Of a stretch of DNA of 48,303 bases, positions 41,901 through 48,303 are shown piece after piece. The stretch covers positions 1-48,303 of the forward strand of contig JAUCBJ010006423.1 of assembly GCA_032718475.1 (NCBI GenBank), in the 5' to 3' direction. The stretch is from Nemertoderma westbladi. Lineage: Eukaryota > Animalia > Xenacoelomorpha. The first letter of the stretch is position 1, and each line of letters opens with the position of its first letter. The notes beneath the pieces were generated by a model. That model ran no database searches and was not told where the DNA came from. It saw only the letters and a program-made list of their open reading frames with translations. A program made the translations under genes and the position numbers.

Positions 41901-41913
41901 GACAGAACCATGC
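11927..41913 (+). repeat. ~30-kb satellite of 33-bp units (39-bp variants), ~890 copies, derived from the exon/5' splice-donor junction
   Basis: Unit TACGGACAGAACCATGCGAGTAACAC|GTGAGT[C/T/A/G] = last 26 nt of exon 11763-11952 plus first 7 intron nt. 39-mers carry an extra GAGTCT/GAGTTT. Copy number estimated from length. Confidence 0.97.
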
Positions 41914-41916
41914 AAG

Positions 41917-42326
41917 TTTACCTTCTAGGCCCGGTTGGTTCGATATAAGTTACACAGAGTACATTGACCTTCTAGCCCGGTTGGTTCGCTACACAGAGTA
42001 CATTGACCTTCTAGGTCCGGTTGGTTCCCTATGAGTTACACAGAGTACATTGACCTTCTAGGTCCGGTTGGTTCCCTATGAGTTACACAGAGTACATTGA
42101 CCTTCTAGGTCCGGTTGGTTCCCTATGAGTTACACAGAGTACATTGACCTTCTAGGTCCGGTTGGTTCCCTATGAGTTACACAGAGTACATTGACCTTCT
42201 AGGTCCGGTTGGTTCCCTATGAGTTACACAGAGTACATTGACCTTCTAGGTCCGGTTGGTTCCCTATGAGTTACACAGAGTACATTGACCTTCTAGGTCC
42301 GGTTGGTTCCCTATGAGTTACACAGA
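41917..42326 (+). repeat. 47-bp tandem repeat (9 copies, first two degenerate) of the 3' splice-acceptor/exon junction
   Basis: Unit gtacattgaccttctag|GTCCGGTTGGTTCCCTATGAGTTACACAGA. AGs end at 41928, 41975, 42014, 42061, 42108, 42155, 42202, 42249 and 42296. Confidence 0.95.
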
Positions 42327-42528
42327 ATCGGTTGACGTCGAGGATGAAGGTATCGTTGTCTCGTCGCCTCCAGACTCAACCTCCACTCCGTCTCCGCCAC
42401 CCCCACCACCGCCTCCATCTACGTTGCCTAGCAACCAACTAGTAAACGGTTACGAACACAACCCCCTTCCCAGGACTCAGCCCCCCAACTACGAGAATGT
42501 GGACCATATGGGACACTCTATGCTATCG
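42297..42528 (+). CDS. BAIAP2: Exon, end of SH3 (SGWFPMSYT) plus polyproline tract and PPNY (PPxY) motif
   Basis: The last ccttctag| of the acceptor array supplies G, which completes AC+G (Thr). GWFP.SYT is the SH3 C-terminal signature. Donor TCG|gtaagg is phase 0. Confidence 0.9.
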
Positions 42529-44443
42529 GTAAGGACTATGGGACACTCTATGCAAACGGTAAGGATCATAGAGGACACTCTATGCTATCGGTAAGGACCA
42601 TATTGGACACTTTATGCTAACGGTAAGGAAAGGACCATATTGGACACTTTATGCTAACGGTAAGGACCATATGGGATACTCTATGCTAACGGTAAGGTCC
42701 ATGGGACACTCTATGCTAACGGTAAGGACCATATGTGACACTCTATGCTATCGGTAAGGACCATATTGGACACTTTATGCTAACGGTAAGGACCATATGG
42801 GACACTCTATGCTAACGGTAAGGTCCATGGGACACTCTATGCTAACGGTAAGTTCCATGGGACACTCTATGCTATCGGTATGGACCATATGGGACACTAT
42901 GCTATCGGTAAGGACCATATGTGACACTCTATGCTATCGACGGTAAGGACCATAGGGGACACTCTATGCTAACGGTAAGGACCATATGGGACACTCTGCT
43001 ATCGGTAAGGTCCATGGGACACTCTATGCTATCGGTAAGGACCATATGGGACACTCTATGCTATCGGTAAGGAAAGGACCATATTGGACACTTTATGCTA
43101 ACGGTAAGGACCATATGGGACACTCTATGCTAACGGTAAGGTCCATGGGACACTCTATGCTAACGGTAAGGTCCATGGGACACTCTATGCTATCGGTAAG
43201 GACCATATTGGACACTTTATGCTAACGGTAAGGACCATATGGGATACTCTATGCTAACGGTAAGGTCCATGGGACACTCTATGCTATCGGTAAGGACCAT
43301 ATGTGACACTCTATGCTATCGGTAAGGACCATATTGTACACTTTATGCTAACGGTAAGGACCATATGGGACACTCTATGCTAACGGTAAGGACCATATGT
43401 GACACTCTATGCTATCGGTAAGGACCATATTGTACACTTTATGCTAACGGTAAGGACCATATGGGACACTCTATGCTAACGGTAAGGTCCATGGGACACT
43501 CTATGCTAACGGTAAGGTCCATGGGACACTCTATGCTATCGGTATGGACCATATGGGACACTATGCTATCGGTAAAGACCATATGTGACACTCTATGCTA
43601 TCGGTAAGGACCATATGGGACACTTTATTCTATCGGTAAGGACCATATGTGACACTCTATACTATCGGTAAGGACCATATGGGACACTCTATGCTAACGG
43701 TAAGGTCCATGGGACACTCTATGCTAACGGTAAGGACCATATGTGACACTCTATGCTATCGGTAAGGACCATATTGTACACTTTATGCTAACGGTAAGGA
43801 CCATATGGGACACTCTATGCTAACGGTAAGGTCCATGGGACACTCTATGCTAACGGTAAGGTCCATGGGACACTCTATGCTATCGGTATGGACCATATGG
43901 GACACTATGCTATCGGTAAAGACCATATGTGACACTCTATGCTATCGGTTAAGGACCATATGGGACACTTTATTCTATCGGTAAGGACCATATGGGACAC
44001 TATGCAATCGGTAAGGACCATATGGGACACTTTATGCTAACGGTAAGGACCATATGGGACACTCTATGCTAACGGTAAGGTCCATGGGACACTCTAAGCT
44101 ATCGGTAAGGACCATATGTGACACTCTATACTATCGGTAAGGACCATATGGGACACTCTATGCTAACGGTAAGGTCCATATGGGACACTTTATGCTAACG
44201 GTAAGGACCATATGGGACACTCTATGCTAACGGTAAGGTCCATGGGACACTCTATGCTATCGGTAAGGACCATATGTGACACTCTATACTATCGGTAAGG
44301 ACCATATGGGACACTATGCTAACGGTAAGGTCCATGGGACACTCTATGCTAACGGTAAGGTCCATGGGACACTCTATGCTATCGATAAGGACCATATTGG
44401 ACACTTTATGCTAACGGTAAGGACCATATGGGACACTCTATGC
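42501..44443 (+). repeat. 30-32-bp tandem repeat (~60 copies) of the exon/5' splice-donor junction of exon 42297-42528
   Basis: Unit GGACCATATGGGACACTCTATGCTATCG|GTAA = last 28 exon nt plus GTAA, followed by GG of the next unit. 30-bp variant ggtccatgggacactctatgctaacggtaa. Confidence 0.95.
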
Positions 44444-44514
44444 ATCAAAGTGAAATAATGTAAATCAATCTAAAATACATTATATTATAAGCAAATTGTA
44501 AAACCACTCGTTAA

Positions 44515-44811
44515 GGCCCATGCTTCACTGTTAAGTCATATGTCGTAAGTCGAAATATATTATGGAACACCAACACGTTCGTTTCAATGGGAGCGTCTCC
44601 ACTCTACTGGTAAATCGTAAGTAACGACTTATGAGCGAAAGTGATTATGTCCCATGTTCCATCTTTTTTTGACAAACGACTCATGACTTAATGGCATGCT
44701 GAAAGCCTGGATTGATACCTTTGGGTATAGAAATATTTTGTAAATGTGAGACTCATCTTATATATTTTAACAAATGACTTTTTGACTTATGTGTTACCAG
44801 TGGAGCAAGGG
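44515..44811. mobile_element. Degenerate MITE, possibly PIF/Harbinger-like
   Basis: cccatgcttcactg (44517-44530) versus cagtggagcaaggg (44798-44811): 12/14 inverted match; left end preceded by taa. Right end eroded. Confidence 0.4.
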
Positions 44812-44942
44812 AGGTGTAATTTTGACGTTCTAAAACAGTTGTCAGGTGACAATTTTTTGGAAATGTGATGCATACCCATCAAGACTAAATTTACTTAAAA
44901 AAGGGAGTGGCAGTAAATTGTCCCTCGTTACAGGTTCATTAG

Positions 44943-45147
44943 GATCCACCTTGGTGTAATGGTTGCAATGAATTCCCATCTCTCTGGAGGTTGTGGGTTC
45001 GAACCTCGCATGGGCTACGGCAGTTTTTTTTTCGGTACGAATGATTTGAAGTGGCTAGAATGGGGTATCTCTATCTCCGACTTGCATCCTTAAATGGTAG
45101 CTCTAATCTAACGGCCGAAGAAACTTTACTTCTTTACTTTTTTTTTA
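44943..45147 (+). mobile_element. tRNA-derived SINE-like element
   Basis: Pol III A box tggtgtaatgg (~44952) and B box ggttcgaacc (~44996). No intact cloverleaf. Unrelated body ending in ctttact-type repeats and a T tract. Confidence 0.65.
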
Positions 45148-45267
45148 AGTGTTGACAAGTACTGCATCTTAAACAATAGTTGGTAAGTATATGTTAAAAA
45201 ATATATATAAATTTTGATAATAATTTAACAAACTAATTTGCAACTATCAAACTACTTAGGAAACTGG

Positions 45268-45382
45268 TAATTCCGGTAAAATTCCGGCCGGAATTGACCC
45301 CATTCCGGCAATTCCGGCCGGAACCGGAATCGGGCAAAAACCGCCGGAATTCCGGCCGGAACGGAATTACGGGACATCCCTA
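45268..45382. mobile_element. End fragment of a hAT-like non-autonomous element with palindromic subterminal repeats
   Basis: GC-rich cluster of attccggccggaa palindromes ending in gacatcccta (reverse complement TAGGGATGTC). Partner end not found. Confidence 0.45.
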
Positions 45383-45737
45383 AATCAATAATACACCATG
45401 ATTGTTATGCCAAAATACAATATAAATTCAATCACTATATCTACATTTTCCCGCGGACAAGTCAAGTGTTCTTATTCTATATTAATAACATGTATTACAG
45501 TGTCGGATTCAATGTCTTCTAATGTCCTACTCAATTTATCGATTATACTCAATGTTATTGAGTTTATTGTTTTCCTTAAAGTTACCCACTTCTATACATG
45601 TGTGAAAGTCAAAGCCAAGCTTACATTAAAGCATAGAACATCGCCGTGACCGTCACAAAAGTTCGTTTTACTTTCTTTTCATTTTATAAATTTTGTATAT
45701 ATAATTTTTATATATTTTATAAAAACTTTTTTTCCAG

Positions 45738-45900
45738 ACCTCGGCTTCCGTTGCTTCTGTGAGTAGCCAATCATCTTCCAATCGCATTCCTGTATCCAAT
45801 ACACAGTCGTATCCCAGTAACCATGGTGATAACGACCACGTTAGAGGCGCGGAACAGGCAAGGTCGTCTCCTTTCACTCGACATCATCCAAAAATGGTTG
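45738..45900 (+). CDS. BAIAP2: Exon, Ser-rich low-complexity segment (TSASVASVSSQSSSNRIPV...SPFTRHHPKMV)
   Basis: Strong pyrimidine tract tttttccag|, 54 open codons in phase 0 matching the previous exon, GC-richer than flanks, donor G|gtaaac. No conserved motif, so less certain. Confidence 0.7.
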
Positions 45901-47324
45901 GTAAACACACAGTATAGTAACTATAGCAACAGTAGTAAACAATTGTGACAAAAACAGTTTATTCATAACTAAACGCTATTGTTTAACAAAATACAGCAAC
46001 AGCAGTAAACTGTAATTGAACCAGGGAGTTTCAGTCTGTCGCGGCAGTTCATGCGCTCGTACGTAAATCGTACCAAAAACCGTAAAACAAATATTGGATT
46101 CATTGTGGAAGTTGTTTTTAACTGAAATTCCGGCGACCATTACCGCAAATGAAATTGAAATTTTCGAAAAATTATTTCTCATCTGTTTTTGTAGTTTGAT
46201 ACTAAGGAAGGTTTTCATGTTGGCATCGGTTTATCCATCGAATGATTTTTTCACCACAAAACAGCACTTTTCATAATTTTACAATTTTGAACATATTTTT
46301 TTTTATTTCTGGAATATTTTTCGAAAGTTTTGATATTTACAATATTATTTTCATCGAATTAACATGAAAATTGAAAAACCTACCCCAAGGGAACAAGAGA
46401 CCAAAAATGCACATTATATTATTTTTGTAAACAAGATCGATAAGTATTTAGGGCTAATTATATTCATGACTCTCTGTATAAAACAAGCTTTTTCTCAGTT
46501 TGTCGATTTTTAACATTTTTTATCTCTAAATTACCTAACTACTTTTTTATTTTTCACTCAATTACAATCAAACTGATACCAAAATCTTCATCCAGCTTTT
46601 CAGGGCTGCATTCGTGGTGAGTATTATTTTGTAAAACATAACCATTTGTTTGTTCTAGATCGGATTTTATAACTATATATTATACTTTAAAACTATCTCT
46701 AATGATCCCCAAAATATAGTCTTCAAGTAAATAATTTTATGCTGAAATTATAATGAAAGGTGGTCTACATAAAATATCTATGCCCATTATTGTGCGAAAC
46801 TCTTGGACCGAGAAATTCAACCCGCAAAAATTCAACGAAATTCAACCTGCAAAAAACGTGCCATATTTTTCGAATAATAGGGTTTACGAAACTATCCATA
46901 TATTCAGTTTTCACAGTAAAAGATCACAGATCATTGTGTTAAAGTGTCAGAATAGTTGTAGCTTCATTAAAATATATAAAAAATAGATTTCGGGTAATGG
47001 TCCCCTTACAAATTGATTTCCTTGAACAAAAATTACATTAAACAGTGCAGCCAGTGCAATGTCCGCTACAAACAGCAACCACAGTAAACATCAGTCGCTA
47101 AATTACTAAATAAAATAAAGAAATCAAAGGTTGAAAATTAACGAAAATCACATCTTGGCGAATTAATTAAGTTAATTATCAACTAATGGAAAGGAGCAGG
47201 TTAGAGTAATATGTTACTCTAAAAAACGATATGCAATACGTAAATCACATGTTATGTTTCAGTACTTACTTTTTGCTCGTAATTAGAGCTGTTATCTGGT
47301 TTCTTTTAACGACTTACCGAATGG

Positions 47325-47677
47325 GGTAATGTGTCAGGATGTTACGGGTAATGTGCCATGATGTTACGGGTAATGTGCCAGGATGTTACGGGTAATGTGC
47401 CAGGGTGTTACGGGTAATGTGCCAGGGTGTTACTGGTAATGTGCCAGGGTGTTACTGGTAATGTGCCAGGGTGTTACTGGTAATGTGCCAGGGTGTTACG
47501 GGTAATGTGCCAGGGTGTTACTGGTAATGTGCCAGGATGTTACGGGTAATGTGCCAGGATGTTACGGGTAATGTGCCAGGGTGTTACGGGTAATGTGCCA
47601 GGATGTTACGGGTAATGTGCCAGGGTGTTACGGGTAATGTGCCAGGATGTTACGGGTAATGTGCCAGGATGTTACGG
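47325..47677. repeat. 22-bp minisatellite (~16 copies)
   Basis: Unit gggtaatgtgccagg[a/g]tgttac, with ttacg/ttact variants. Confidence 0.95.
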
Positions 47678-48303
47678 TATAGTTTTTAACAACATGGACA
47701 TGCTGATTCGTGCTGACCGGAGTAATATTTAATTAGCTAGATGATGTGCCCTTTTTTTATATTTTACGGACAGATTGTCGGATATTCAAATAGACAACTA
47801 CAGACAGACATACAGACTAACTAGATTTCATTAAAAGTGAAAATTGACCATGAAAACTGAAATAATTCAGAAATGAAATCAGCGATCCGGTAAACCTCAA
47901 TAGCAATAAATTGTAGAATGGTTTTGTGCGTTTTGGTTGTTAGATAACAAAGGATAAAGGTAAGCATAACAAAGGAGTAGCATTTTAATTCCAAAATATG
48001 CATTTTGTCACTGGCCGCTAAGTGGCGTCAAAAATGAAATTTTTTGAAAATATTACAATTCAATATAGTGCACCCAAAATGTATCTTACACTTTATTTCT
48101 ACTTATCCCCCCCCCCCCCCCTCCCTAACTCGAATTCTGTCACCTACGGTCCACTGATAGCCAACTACCGCCCTTTAATAAACATCCACTTGTATAATTA
48201 ATTAGAGGAACTTCGCACATCACGTTATCTATTTCCCTAAAAATCCAGTTAACCTTAGAATTTTGGATGAAACCTGGCGTATCGCAGGGGTCTAATTAGT
48301 TCC

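Larger units (their letters stand above)
162..45900 (+). other. BAIAP2: Partial spliced gene, IRSp53/BAIAP2 family (I-BAR + SH3 adaptor); 6 exons visible, 5' and 3' ends not identified in the window
   Basis: Six GT-AG exons with matching phases (0,0,1,2,0). The spliced product reads IMD-like helices, then SRTLPTRR/LTKSSST linker motifs, an SH3 domain (KVRALFSHQAG...DGWAYG...SGWFPMSYT), polyproline and PPNY. This order is colinear with my recollection of human IRSp53. Exact paralog (BAIAP2/L1/L2) not resolvable. Confidence 0.9.

Noticed and set aside
11927-41913. CRISPR array
   Set aside because: No unique spacers, no cas genes, and the context is eukaryotic and intronic.
11730-41948. Giant ORFs on both strands (TDRTMRVTRE[S/F/Y/C] and MVLSV[N/D/Y/H]SRVTR repeats, up to 4538 aa)
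   Set aside because: They arise because 33 and 39 are multiples of 3 and the unit lacks stops in some frames. There is almost no synonymous variation, and the biologically supported frame is the SH3 frame, which has TGA in every unit.
41905-44446. Both donor arrays terminate mid-unit at ATGC|A and share ACCAT...ACAC
   Set aside because: Matches are too short to distinguish from chance with only two examples.
44945-45020. tRNA gene
   Set aside because: A and B boxes are present, but there is no pairing acceptor or anticodon stem; better explained as a SINE head.
45398-48003. Short ORFs in AT-rich downstream sequence; search for terminal WH2/PDZ-binding exon
   Set aside because: No recognisable motifs or phase-compatible exon; the gene's 3' end probably lies beyond the window.
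47690-48303. Possible Helitron/Helentron-like non-autonomous remnants ((GACA)n tract at ~47800, small hairpin near 48275-48300)
   Set aside because: Ends and orientation are inconsistent or unresolved; cannot be supported without a repeat library.

Overview
Eukaryotic (metazoan-like) genomic DNA. The window holds six + strand exons of an IRSp53/BAIAP2-family gene (I-BAR/IMD C-terminal half, linker, SH3, Pro-rich/PPxY region): 162-277, 378-686, 799-1042, 11763-11952, 42297-42528 and 45738-45900. All have GT-AG boundaries and compatible phases. The giant ORFs in the track (11.7-41.9 kb) are artefacts of a satellite. Three consecutive splice junctions have each been amplified into a tandem array. 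The ~30.3-kb intron that splits the SH3 domain is almost entirely ~890 copies of its own exon/5' splice-site junction (33/39 bp), followed directly by 9 copies of its own 3' splice-site/exon junction (47 bp). The next intron opens with ~60 copies of its own donor junction (30-32 bp). The 10.7-kb intron upstream carries a 63-bp minisatellite interrupted by three elements: a Chapaev-like foldback DNA element (4-bp TSD), a 5'-truncated RTE LINE, and a decayed RTEX-like LINE with an Ulp1-protease-like fragment at its 5' end. A tRNA-derived SINE, MITE fragments and a 22-bp minisatellite lie downstream. Family assignments come from motif recognition by eye, not from database searches.
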